DNA of 64,000 nt from Minisyncoccia bacterium (GTDB taxonomy: Bacteria; Patescibacteriota; Minisyncoccia; Phycocordibacterales; UBA9973), in contig JBAQNN010000003.1 in assembly GCA_049303835.1 (NCBI GenBank), forward strand, positions 114,820-178,819. Direction: 5' to 3'. The notes under the pieces are model-generated. The model searched no databases and had not been told where the DNA came from. It saw nothing but the letters and a program-made list of their open reading frames with translations. Numbering within the stretch: the first letter of the stretch is position 1; each line of letters opens with the position of its first letter. The position numbers were made by a program, and so were the translations under genes. This document shows positions 45,956 through 55,060 of this stretch, in pieces.

Positions 45956-46594
45956 ATGAAAATAACAATTTTTGGAGCATCAGGCGCAACAGGAAAAAAT
46001 GTAGTTGAGCAGGCGCTAGCTCAAGGAAATGAAGTAACTGCATTTGTCAGAAACCCTAAGAAAATGGATATTAAAAACGATAAGCTTACTGTAACTCAAG
46101 GCGATGTCACAAAGGCGCAGGGTGTTGAAAATGCAGTTGCGGTTGCTGATGGGGTTGTCGTAGCGTTAGGCGCGTCTCCCGATATGCAGGCAGATATAGT
46201 TATGGAAGAAGGGACTAGGAATATAATGGATGCCATGAAAAAGCACGGCGTTAAGAGAATTATTGTCCAAAGCTCATATCCTATGAGTGGATCTGCGGAG
46301 GGTGTTGCGTTTTTGAAACAAATGGGTATGGGAGATGAGCAAATAGCGATGGTACAGCCTGTTCTTGATGATAAAGCAAAACAAGAAGACGCTATCCGTG
46401 ATAGCGGACTTGAATATACAATTGTGAGACCCCTTATGTTAAATAATGAGCCAAAAACAGGAAAATACCGGGTAGGAGAAAATCTGGTTGTTAAAGTGGG
46501 AGATGCTATTTCCCGCGCGGATGTGGCGGATTTTATGTTGAAAGACTTAACAGAGAATAAGTTTATAGGAAAAACAGTAACCCTCGCATACTAA
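45956..46594 (+). CDS. NAD(P)-binding protein, NmrA/BVR-B-like atypical SDR
   Basis: MKITIFGASGATGKN Rossmann GxxGxxG at the N-terminus; start at the internal Met rather than the ORF-track 45911. Confidence 0.7.
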   Translation: MKITIFGASGATGKNVVEQALAQGNEVTAFVRNPKKMDIKNDKLTVTQGDVTKAQGVENAVAVADGVVVALGASPDMQADIVMEEGTRNIMDAMKKHGVKRIIVQSSYPMSGSAEGVAFLKQMGMGDEQIAMVQPVLDDKAKQEDAIRDSGLEYTIVRPLMLNNEPKTGKYRVGENLVVKVGDAISRADVADFMLKDLTENKFIGKTVTLAY

Positions 46595-46988
46595 AAATCC
46601 AAATGTACGCATCACTTTGGTATCTCCTGATAGGATTCTTACTTGGCTATGGATAAAGAGGAGTACAACGAAGGCAATTGTCCCTATTGCACGAAAGTAA
46701 TTTTTTGTGATGGCAAATTCAATTCCGAAGCCATGTCCACAACAAGATGTCCTCACTGACAGAAACCTCTCAAGGTGACAATAAGAAAAAGGATCTAAAT
46801 CATTATTGTGCCATTTGATCCAAAGTCGGGATGCAAAGTCGACAAGAAAATAAATAATCGATGGACTCATCATTCTGATTGTAGTTCTTTTTTTGCCTCC
46901 GCTCATTAGTTTTCTATTCGACACTTTTAACGCCTTAGACAAAGTACCCCTACTTAACTTATTGACAGATGCGAGGTGTCTTTGATAT

Positions 46989-47006
46989 ACTTACCGAGTG
47001 GTAAGT
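46989..47006. promoter_or_regulatory. palindrome ACTTACC-gagt-GGTAAGT upstream of the TetR gene (candidate operator)
   Basis: Perfect 7-bp arms 25 nt upstream of the TetR-family ATG. Confidence 0.4.
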
Positions 47007-47030
47007 AATGCAAATAAATAATTTAAAAAT

Positions 47031-47618
47031 ATGAGCACAATAGCAAAACAATCCGATGACATTATTCTAGACACTAAGAAATATATCATCGATACAGCTC
47101 GTCACCTTTTCTCTGAATATAGCTATTTGGGTGTTTCAATGAATGACATTGCAAAGAAACTGAATGTCACTAAGGCGGCACTTTATTATCATTTTGCCGG
47201 TAAAACAGAAATTTACGGGAAAGTAATCGATGGGGTTTCTAATGATCTAAGTCTAACTATTACGGAAGCTTTGAATGAGGTTACTATTGATAAAAAACTG
47301 CATAAATTAATTAAGAATTACTTGGATTTCGGTTTTAAGGAAAATAATCTCATTAAAGCTTTGATGTTAAAACTGCCACCAGCCGATTCAGAAATAACAA
47401 AACACATTATTCAGTTAAGAGAGCGGGTCGCTAGCCTAATCCAACCCGTAATTGAGGAAATGTCAGTAAACAAAAAAATAACCGGAAAAGTTGATAGTCG
47501 ACTTTTAACTTCTATGCTTACCGGTATGATGGATGGTCTGCTTTTGGAACATTCATTCCTCAATAAAAAAATAAATTCAGCAAAAATATCAGATCAAATT
47601 ATTGCTGTTTTATTTTAA
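47031..47618 (+). CDS. TetR/AcrR family transcriptional regulator
   Basis: N-terminal HTH IIDTARHLFSEYSYLGVSMNDIAKKLNVTKAALYYHF. Confidence 0.85.
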   Translation: MSTIAKQSDDIILDTKKYIIDTARHLFSEYSYLGVSMNDIAKKLNVTKAALYYHFAGKTEIYGKVIDGVSNDLSLTITEALNEVTIDKKLHKLIKNYLDFGFKENNLIKALMLKLPPADSEITKHIIQLRERVASLIQPVIEEMSVNKKITGKVDSRLLTSMLTGMMDGLLLEHSFLNKKINSAKISDQIIAVLF

Positions 47619-47675
47619 AGGTCGAGGACTGATTCACCTCACGGGTCTTATAAATTAATTAGATTAAGTAAAATC

Positions 47676-47816
47676 ATGCAAACAAATTTTTTAACAAACA
47701 TTAATTGGTCAAGTCCTACAACTATTGGAATTGTTATAGGAGTAATCGTTGTCATAGCTATTGTCGGTTATTTGATATGGGCTTGGACAGCAAAAAAGCC
47801 ACCGTTTGTACAATAA
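47676..47816 (+). CDS. possible small single-TM protein (46 aa), not in the ORF track
   Basis: ATG..TAA ORF MQTNFLTNINWSSPTTIGIVIGVIVVIAIVGYLIWAWTAKKPPFVQ in an otherwise empty 290-nt intergenic gap. Confidence 0.25.
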   Translation: MQTNFLTNINWSSPTTIGIVIGVIVVIAIVGYLIWAWTAKKPPFVQ

Positions 47817-47906
47817 AAATATTTAGGGTATTCAGTTGCTAAATTTAAAATTATAAAAACTGAGTACCCAATAATGCTTTTATTTAATATTTTTAAAAAA
47901 TAGTTT

Positions 47907-49004
47907 ATGCATAAAGAATATAGACCAATAAAATTTCCAGCAGACGAATCAGCTCACGATTACATAATTGAATGGTGGTATTTTAACGGCCATTTAAAAG
48001 ACAATGATGGCAATGAATATTCGTTTATGGATTGTTTGTTTCGGGTAGATGTTAAAAAAGTAAAAATACCATTTTTAAGCAAAATACCACTTAAAACATC
48101 TTACTTTTCTCATTCCCTTATTACTGATTTAAATACTAAAAAATTCTTTCATAGGATAGCCCCTTTCTCGATGATTTCTGATGATAGTTTCTCTAAGCCA
48201 CTGCTTTATATAAATTATCTTAATCCGGAAGTCAAAAACGGATATATCAACTGTGCTATTGAAAAAATAGACGAATCAAAATATCACCTGAAAAATGAAG
48301 ATGTTGATTTAATTTTGACCTCAAACAAAGAGCCAATACTTGAGGGAGGGAAAGGATACTTGGATCTTCATTCCAAAACCACATATTATTATTCTCTGAC
48401 AAATTTAAAAACCGAAGGCAGGATAAAAATTAGAAACAAGTGGATAGATGTTACTGGAAAATCATGGATGGATCATCAGTGGGCTGACACTGAATATTCG
48501 CAGGATAAGTGGGATTGGTTTTCGGTGCAACTAGATAATAATACAGAAATAGTCTGTTGTGTATATGATGACGGCAAGGTAAAAACCTACTTCGCAGACA
48601 TTTCTTATGCGGACAACCGCCAAGAACATTATCAAGAAGTTGAGATCACCACTTTAAATGAGCGGTGGACAAGCCCAAAAAGCAAAGCAGTTTATCCATT
48701 AGCATGGAAAATAAAAATACCGGAAAGAAATATCGAACTGAATTTGACGGCGAAAGTTGATAATCAGGAAATGCTATTTGGTTCAATTAACTATTGGGAA
48801 GGCCCACTTCGAGTGGAAGGAAATTTTGGAGAAGAAAAAGTAGAAGGAGTCGGTTTTATGGAATTGGTTGGTTATCCTTCACAATATACCAATGTAAAAT
48901 ATCTAAGCGATGAAATAGGTAAAACTGCAAGTCGGTTTTTCTCCATCGCCAAAAACAAAGCTTTTGATATAACCGGAAATTTAAAAAAGAGAATAACTGG
49001 ATAG
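47907..49004 (+). CDS. AttH/CrtC-like lipocalin-domain protein (COG5621 predicted secreted hydrolase family)
   Basis: N-terminal FPADESAHDYIIEWWYFNGHL motif characteristic of the CrtC/AttH family; 365 aa. Confidence 0.6.
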   Translation: MHKEYRPIKFPADESAHDYIIEWWYFNGHLKDNDGNEYSFMDCLFRVDVKKVKIPFLSKIPLKTSYFSHSLITDLNTKKFFHRIAPFSMISDDSFSKPLLYINYLNPEVKNGYINCAIEKIDESKYHLKNEDVDLILTSNKEPILEGGKGYLDLHSKTTYYYSLTNLKTEGRIKIRNKWIDVTGKSWMDHQWADTEYSQDKWDWFSVQLDNNTEIVCCVYDDGKVKTYFADISYADNRQEHYQEVEITTLNERWTSPKSKAVYPLAWKIKIPERNIELNLTAKVDNQEMLFGSINYWEGPLRVEGNFGEEKVEGVGFMELVGYPSQYTNVKYLSDEIGKTASRFFSIAKNKAFDITGNLKKRITG

Positions 49005-49014
49005 AATTATAATT

Positions 49015-49851
49015 ATGGCAAAATCAAAGCGACCCAAAATCGGTTTAGCATTAGGAAGCGGAGGCTCAAGAGGGTTGGCTCATATTGGGGTCATTAAAGT
49101 CTTGGAGGAAAATAATATACCGATTGATTTTATTGCGGGGACAAGCATCGGCGCCATGGCAGGTGGATTTTATGCGGCCGGATTAGGTGTCAAAAAAATG
49201 GAGGAAATAGTATTAGAAACTAACTGGCGCAGAATGTTTTCGCTGGTTGATCCGCATTTAAAGCAAGGACTGATCACTGGAGAAAAAGTAAAAACATTTA
49301 TTGAGGGATATGTTGATGGAAAAAGAATTGAAGATTGTAAAATCCCGTTTGTGGCGGTGGCTACGGATTTAAAAACTGGAGAGATTGTGGTTTTAAACAA
49401 AGGTGAAATGGCACAAGCCATAAGAGCCAGCATCTCTATCCCTTTGGTTTTTAAACCAGTGGAAATAGATGGCAGAATGTTAATTGACGGTGGTTTATCG
49501 GCACCTGTTCCTGTAAAGATTGTTCAGGATATGGGAGCAGATATAGTTATTGCTGTTAATTTAGACAAACATTACCACAATGAAAAATGGAAGCCTGGGT
49601 GGTACAATATTGCCAATGATTCGCTAAATATTTTGCGCCACCATCTCGCACTTTCAAACGTGTCAACTGCTGACATTGTTATTAATATAGATGTCGGCAC
49701 AAATAATTATTGGTATCAGTTTATAAATGGTCAAGATAAAATCCTGACTGGTGAGAAAGCGGCCAAAGAAATACTTCCGAGATTGCAAGAAATAATATAT
49801 CAAAAAAGCAAAAATGGCCTTAAAAAATATCTGGAATTTTTTAAGGGGTAA
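49015..49851 (+). CDS. patatin-like phospholipase
   Basis: Oxyanion GLALGSGGSRG; nucleophile GTSIG (GxSxG); catalytic DGG. Confidence 0.8.
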   Translation: MAKSKRPKIGLALGSGGSRGLAHIGVIKVLEENNIPIDFIAGTSIGAMAGGFYAAGLGVKKMEEIVLETNWRRMFSLVDPHLKQGLITGEKVKTFIEGYVDGKRIEDCKIPFVAVATDLKTGEIVVLNKGEMAQAIRASISIPLVFKPVEIDGRMLIDGGLSAPVPVKIVQDMGADIVIAVNLDKHYHNEKWKPGWYNIANDSLNILRHHLALSNVSTADIVINIDVGTNNYWYQFINGQDKILTGEKAAKEILPRLQEIIYQKSKNGLKKYLEFFKG

Positions 49852-49956
49852 GAATATTAGTAACGGTATTTATTATAATTATGGAACATCATCCATCTCT
49901 TCAATACTGATTGGTATTTTAGTAGTATTAGAAGTATATTTGATATAATTTAATCT

Positions 49957-50526
49957 ATGGATATTTTTTCACATGGCCTCTGGGCCGGGGCCGCATACAA
50001 AGCAATAAATAAGAAAGCAAAAAAGCCGCTCAATGTGTGGTTTGCCGGTTTCTGGGGAATATTCCCCGATCTTTTTGCATTCACTATCACGTTTATCTGG
50101 CTATTTGGGAACATTATTTTTGGCGGTATGAGTTTTTCTGATCTGCCACACCCCGATTCGGTTGAACCAGCGCCGCAGGATACCCTGCCGATTTTTCGTC
50201 TTACCTCGCTTCTCTATAGCATCAGCCACAGCGCAATTATATTTCTCATTGTTTTTGGTATAACTTTTCTCATATTTCGCCGGCCAATCTGGGAGCTCGG
50301 GGGCTGGTTTATCCATATTCTTTTGGACATCCCGACGCATTCCTTTCAATTCTATCCAACGCCGTTCCTGTGGCCGCTCTCTGGATGGACATTTGATGGA
50401 TTCTCTTGGGGGACGGTCTGGTTCCTTATACCAAACTACATTGCCATCATTGCCGTATATATGCTTCTTCGCAGAAAGAAAAAACTTAATTCCGCTAGAC
50501 ATTATCCGAGCCATAACATTGAGTAA
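49957..50526 (+). CDS. hypothetical membrane protein (possible YdjM/DUF457-like membrane-bound hydrolase)
   Basis: Four or five TM helices; MDIFSHGLWAGAAY N-terminus reminiscent of the YdjM family; weak. Confidence 0.35.
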   Translation: MDIFSHGLWAGAAYKAINKKAKKPLNVWFAGFWGIFPDLFAFTITFIWLFGNIIFGGMSFSDLPHPDSVEPAPQDTLPIFRLTSLLYSISHSAIIFLIVFGITFLIFRRPIWELGGWFIHILLDIPTHSFQFYPTPFLWPLSGWTFDGFSWGTVWFLIPNYIAIIAVYMLLRRKKKLNSARHYPSHNIE

Positions 50527-50595
50527 AGTAACGGTCCGTAAAATAAAACAAAATCTTTTCTGGGCTGCCGTCTAAAAAATAAAAAAGAAACACAA

Positions 50596-50630
50596 AAAAT
50601 GGCGAAGCCCAGTTTAAGGACCTCGCCATT
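50596..50630. terminator. hairpin (aaatggcga...tcgccattt) in the convergent intergenic region
   Basis: 9-bp stem flanked by A/T runs. Confidence 0.5.
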
Positions 50631-50645
50631 TAATGTTTATATTTT

Positions 50646-50885
50646 CTATTTCCATCTCGCGAAACTAAAATCAAGAATGCAATTCTCTGCCTCTGAGAAA
50701 GACAAATCATCCAGTTCTTTAATGCGAGTTTCTTGTTCACTCTCTCCTTGAATATATGTGTAGATCAAGTTAGTGAGTGTGCGACGTTGCCCTTCCGAAA
50801 TCATTCCTTCGTCTACATATTCCACAGGAAAAGCATAACCTCTTCTAGGACCTTCAAAACTAGCTATCGCTGTATTGTTTATCAT
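50646..50885 (-). CDS. hypothetical protein (79 aa)
   Basis: ORF only. Confidence 0.35.
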   Translation of the reverse strand: MINNTAIASFEGPRRGYAFPVEYVDEGMISEGQRRTLTNLIYTYIQGESEQETRIKELDDLSFSEAENCILDFSFARWK

Positions 50886-50910
50886 ATTTTTAAGATTAAG
50901 TTAATAATAA

Positions 50911-51570
50911 TTATTTCATCGGCAGTAAACTAGATATCAATTCCGAAGCATCAAATCGTGAGAGGTATGGGGAACTCAATTGATTGAGATATTCTTCTTT
51001 GGAAGAACTACTGCATTTCTCGTTAATCAATTGTTGTAAAAAATCACGCTGTTTCTGGGTTGCAAATTTCGGCAGATCTTCGTCATTGAAACTTGCAACT
51101 CTATCCCGACCTTCCAAATCTATTTCTTTGTTATCTTCCGGTAGAAAATCTTGTGAGAACAAGAAAGACATTCCTGTTACTCTTAAAATTCCATCAACAA
51201 AAGCACTTTTTTGCGCAACTTTAATTGTGGAATTAATAGATTCATCATGATCCTTGAGTGAGGCACTACCTCTGCCTTCGCCACAAACGACCCCATTTCT
51301 TCTGAGAACACATCTATAAACCACAGTATCGGTTGTGTTACCAAAGAAAGCTAAAGATTCCTTATCAGCCACAAATTGAGCTGTAATAGAATATATTTCT
51401 GCCAGGCGTTCAGCACCGCCTTTACTTAACACCTTTCTGCCTTCATCTGTAATCCAGTAATCTTGTTCAAGGACCAATGTAGGCAGTATTTGCTCCATAA
51501 ATATCTTTCTCTTTTTTGCTAGAGCCTCAATACCGTTTTTTATATCCGTTTGTTCTATTATTTCTGGCAT
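50911..51570 (-). CDS. hypothetical protein (219 aa), possibly mobile-element associated
   Basis: ORF; sits in a block with the ArdC-N-like and SymE-like genes; no motif recognised. Confidence 0.4.
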   Translation of the reverse strand: MPEIIEQTDIKNGIEALAKKRKIFMEQILPTLVLEQDYWITDEGRKVLSKGGAERLAEIYSITAQFVADKESLAFFGNTTDTVVYRCVLRRNGVVCGEGRGSASLKDHDESINSTIKVAQKSAFVDGILRVTGMSFLFSQDFLPEDNKEIDLEGRDRVASFNDEDLPKFATQKQRDFLQQLINEKCSSSSKEEYLNQLSSPYLSRFDASELISSLLPMK

Positions 51571-51755
51571 AAGTTTGAATTAATTTTAGTAATAATAATC
51601 GAGCCCTTAAGATACTCAACCGTAAATTTATCTCCAATCATAAAACCACCTAGCTTGGTTAGTAGGTGGTTCGCGATGACTATTTTCGGAGCTGTTGGTC
51701 TATCGCCCCTAACTCCATGTCTGAATTGATAGTAAACAGTCATTAATTTTTTCAT
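51558..51755 (-). CDS. SymE/AbrB-fold-like small protein (65 aa)
   Basis: RPTAPKIVIANHLLTKLGGFMIGDKFTVEYLKGSIIITKI resembles the swapped-hairpin SymE/MazE-AbrB pattern; weak. Confidence 0.35.
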   Translation of the reverse strand: MKKLMTVYYQFRHGVRGDRPTAPKIVIANHLLTKLGGFMIGDKFTVEYLKGSIIITKINSNLCQK

Positions 51756-52072
51756 TTTGTTGTACCAATCTTTTCGACTTGGCGATAGTAAAATAAAAAC
51801 ACAGGACGTCTGTATTTTTTTAGAATGTTGCCATTAGAATCTTTCTGCTCAACATAGGTTATTGACCTAATTGCTTTTTCGCCACGTCTTACCTTGAAAC
51901 CTAACTTTAACCACGAATGGAAAGTTCTAATATTGTGATAGCAATCCATGTTCTTGATCTCAGCAGATCCATATTTCTCTTTTATAGCATCCTCACAAAT
52001 GGTTTTTGTTGTCTCTGAACCCGTGTATTCAGATAGCGAACTATTCATCACTTCTTTTATACTTTGAACCAT
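51752..52072 (-). CDS. ArdC-N-terminal-like (DUF1738) ssDNA-binding domain protein
   Basis: TFHSWLKLGFKVRRGEKAIRSITY matches the (T/Y)xxWxxLGxxVxKGEKxI motif of the ArdC N-domain; start at the internal Met (ORF-track start at 52138 also possible). Confidence 0.45.
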   Translation of the reverse strand: MVQSIKEVMNSSLSEYTGSETTKTICEDAIKEKYGSAEIKNMDCYHNIRTFHSWLKLGFKVRRGEKAIRSITYVEQKDSNGNILKKYRRPVFLFYYRQVEKIGTTK

Positions 52073-52484
52073 AGATAATAAATAATTTAATAAGTAAATT
52101 TTGTACGAGAGACTAGCACGTACCGTGAAGACATACATCGACCTGTCTTCAAAAACATAGTTTTAATGTTTGTGTTATTAAGTGTTTTAAAAAAGGGGTA
52201 TGGGGGGTTGTCGATTCGTGGATGTTTGGGATTGGCTAGATGTGGTGAAACGTAACCTTCTGGAATTCCGAAACTTATTTTCAATTTAGGCTAAGGGGTT
52301 GTTTGGAATATTTTTAGATCTGAAAATCGAGGACCTCCAAAAATTCCGCTAGAAAAAATTAGAAAATGGCTTGGAAAATAAGGCCTAGTTTCAATATTTG
52401 CAGTATTTAATAACAAGGTGGTAATATGTAAGTACAACTTTATAAGCGATCTAAATCAGTAGACAATTACTGACATGATTCAAG

Positions 52485-52592
52485 ACCAGACACGGGCAAG
52501 AAACCTATCATATAGGACTGCCGTGTCTGGCCGTGTCTCGAAAGGGATGCTGGAGGACTTCGGTCCTCACCTATGTGGTAGGTTTTTTGTTT
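52485..52592 (+). promoter_or_regulatory. structured 5' leader: hairpin ccagacacggg..ccgtgtctgg, direct repeat ccgtgtctgg/ccgtgtctcg, hairpin gaggac-ttcg-gtcctc, then cctatgtggtagg plus T6, ending 4 nt before the ATG
   Basis: Read in the sequence; a terminator-like element immediately before the start codon suggests attenuation or a small RNA. Confidence 0.4.
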
Positions 52593-53477
52593 ATGAACAC
52601 AGAAAATAATATAAATTATGAATATACCGATAAAAAGACTGCTCTTGAGGCAGTGGAAAATGACAGATATGTCTTAGCTTCTCTTCCTCCGAATCTTCAA
52701 GACGATGCGGAGATTGTTCGTGTTGCCATATCACTTGAAACTTTGTGCGGATCAAATATGAATGGGCCAGTATTTAAATATGCCTCTCCAAGATTACGCA
52801 GTAAAAGAAATATTGTGCTTGAAGCAGTAAAAAACTATGGCGAGGCAATAGAATACGCTTCACCTAGTTTTGATGACGATAAAGAAATAGTTCTTACTGC
52901 TCTAAATAATTCCTGGGTAGATACCTATCCTTATGGCGGATCCATTATTTATGCCTGTATATCTCGTAAACTTCGCGAAGATTCAAAAGTAATCGAGGCT
53001 ATGGGATTTATAAAGGAAAGCAATTTGTTAATGCGTTTAATGACGTGGAAAGAAGACAAAAGAAAACGAGAAGAGTGGTGGCAAGAGAAATATGGAACAA
53101 TCAACAAAGAACGCTTAGAACAGTGGAAGCGTGATGTGGCAGAGTGGCAACAGAATAAAAAGAGCAGTGAAAATGAAAGCTATACAAAACTAAGAGCAGA
53201 AATTGAGAAAATGCCTCAATATGAAATTTGGAGACAATCAGTTCTTGAGAAGTTTGGCAAAAAATGCGCTGTCTGCGGTTCTACCGAAAGTTTAGAAGTG
53301 GACCATCGCTATAAATCTTTTTACGCAATTATAAAAGAATACGGAATTACTAATACAATCCAAGCCTATGAATGTGCTGCTTTGTGGAATATAAATAATG
53401 GCGCGCCTCTATGCAAGAAACATCATGATAGAACTGTAACTAGTGTATATCGAATATTAAAAAGTAGTTTATCTTAA
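52593..53477 (+). CDS. DUF4116-repeat protein fused to a C-terminal HNH endonuclease
   Basis: DUF4116-type repeats (NIVLEAVKNYGEAIEYASPSFDDDKEIVLTALNN); HNH CAVCGS...LEVDH...CKKHHD; the ORF-track start at 52533 was rejected because it lies inside the leader hairpins. Confidence 0.6.
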   Translation: MNTENNINYEYTDKKTALEAVENDRYVLASLPPNLQDDAEIVRVAISLETLCGSNMNGPVFKYASPRLRSKRNIVLEAVKNYGEAIEYASPSFDDDKEIVLTALNNSWVDTYPYGGSIIYACISRKLREDSKVIEAMGFIKESNLLMRLMTWKEDKRKREEWWQEKYGTINKERLEQWKRDVAEWQQNKKSSENESYTKLRAEIEKMPQYEIWRQSVLEKFGKKCAVCGSTESLEVDHRYKSFYAIIKEYGITNTIQAYECAALWNINNGAPLCKKHHDRTVTSVYRILKSSLS

Positions 53478-53479
53478 AC

Positions 53480-53833
53480 ATGAAAAGAAACATTTTTTAT
53501 ATAGCTATAGTTATTATTTTCTTTCTTGCCTTAAATTTTTATTTAAAAATTTCAACGCAAAGCACACACATTAAATGTCCGGAAGAGTACACAGAGGATG
53601 ATATCGGCACTGCGGAGTATAGAGAGGCGCTAAGTAATTGGACCTCTGAGTTTTTTAAGACCCCTCAGGCAACAATGTCTGACTGGGCTATGGCAAAAAT
53701 GAAACGATGGGAAGACAACAATTGTGTAATTGCCATTGAGCGATCTAAAATGTCTGGCAAGGTAGCAGATTTAAAACCGTGGGAGCGAGTAGATTATGAA
53801 GTACAAAATGCTATACAAAATGCCACAAAATAA
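53480..53833 (+). CDS. hypothetical membrane-anchored protein (117 aa)
   Basis: N-terminal TM helix; ORF only. Confidence 0.4.
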   Translation: MKRNIFYIAIVIIFFLALNFYLKISTQSTHIKCPEEYTEDDIGTAEYREALSNWTSEFFKTPQATMSDWAMAKMKRWEDNNCVIAIERSKMSGKVADLKPWERVDYEVQNAIQNATK

Positions 53834-54197
53834 AAACAGTAGAAATTTAATATATTCGTTAATGCTTTTTGTTCTAGCTAATGTGACCTTATTCTGTGAA
53901 CCACTAGATAAATTGAAAGAGCTTATATTTTCCTTTCCAAGTATTAAAGCTAAATTTCTTTTTTCTGATTTTTTCCCATTATTCCTACAAATAAATGGCT
54001 ATATGATTATATTAGTTTTCTTTCTTTTATTGTGTTCTGTCTATTTTAGTATTCAATTCATAAGGAAGGACTCTAGCGACAAAAAACTATTTGATTTAAT
54101 CCCTAATAATACTTCCGGATTCTTTGCCCTTCTTGTGATTGTTATTTCTTCGATTTATATAAAAATGATTCTAGCTGAATTCATGACCTATCTCTAA
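53796..54197 (+). CDS. hypothetical polytopic membrane protein (133 aa)
   Basis: Three hydrophobic helices; start codon uncertain (overlaps the upstream ORF). Confidence 0.35.
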   Translation: MKYKMLYKMPQNKNSRNLIYSLMLFVLANVTLFCEPLDKLKELIFSFPSIKAKFLFSDFFPLFLQINGYMIILVFFLLLCSVYFSIQFIRKDSSDKKLFDLIPNNTSGFFALLVIVISSIYIKMILAEFMTYL

Positions 54198-54232
54198 CTC
54201 AGTAGTTTTAGGTACTAGCGTATAATATAAGT

Positions 54233-54814
54233 ATGAAAACATTAAAGGAATCATGCTTTGCGCTAAGCACAAAAATATTGAGAACTAGCCTTCAAAAAGC
54301 ACGCTTAAAAGAGCCGGTGGAGGAGGAATATCTTAACTTTATACATAATGGTAAACCATCCGTCCTTTTCTATTCCATAGAGGATAGTTTTGATGGAAAT
54401 ACCTACTTTGTTATTGATTTTAACGGAGAACCACAGAAAATCCTTTTATCTAATAGAGAATTAACCTATGGCACCAGAACCTATTTAACTTGCGGTTGTG
54501 GACACAAAACCAATGCCTTATACCTCAAGAACACCCCGGAAAGCACCTTTTTTGCCTGCTTTAAGTGTCACAATCTTCGTTATAAATCTACTACGATCAA
54601 TAGCAGGAGTGACCATGGACGAATGCTTTATCAACAAAGCAAGAGATTAGCCCTTCTTGATATGCGTGAAAGTATTCCACGACCTCTATATAAATCTAAA
54701 TGGACAAAACGTTTTCAACGCTTCTTGAAACTCTGTAATCAATCGGGGTTGTTTAACCAAGTAAAGGATGCTCAAACAACTATGGAAATGATAAGGGGGT
54801 ATCAATCTCAATAG
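54233..54814 (+). CDS. hypothetical protein with Cys/His cluster (TCGCGHK...CFKCHNLRY), possible zinc ribbon
   Basis: ORF; CxC...CxxC pattern. Confidence 0.4.
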   Translation: MKTLKESCFALSTKILRTSLQKARLKEPVEEEYLNFIHNGKPSVLFYSIEDSFDGNTYFVIDFNGEPQKILLSNRELTYGTRTYLTCGCGHKTNALYLKNTPESTFFACFKCHNLRYKSTTINSRSDHGRMLYQQSKRLALLDMRESIPRPLYKSKWTKRFQRFLKLCNQSGLFNQVKDAQTTMEMIRGYQSQ

Positions 54815-55060
54815 TCTTAGACGAATACAATACTTTTGCAATTCTCTTAGAAGCTGTCCGTGCGGTTTAAGATTTTTTATCAATCAATAATGCTGTAAAT
54901 GCCGTAATAGCGTAAATACTGACGACATTGACGATACTTACGGTATTTTTAAGCAACTATATTGTTGTGTACTTGCATATATGCCGATAGTTCCTGTATG
55001 CTTATAGCAATCGAATTGCGTTGGCTCAAAAGTTCGGAAAGCCACGCATTTTGGTCACAA

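Noticed and set aside
46547-46942. 131-aa minus-strand ORF downstream of the NmrA-like gene
   Set aside because: It overlaps the 3' end of the NmrA-like gene by about 50 nt, has no SD and no recognisable motif beyond a CCGHG cluster. Coding status is left unresolved.
52533-52592. N-terminal 20-codon extension of the DUF4116-HNH ORF
   Set aside because: The extension would be translated through two stable hairpins and a T-tract. The downstream ATG at 52593 gives an MNTENN start right after the structured leader.
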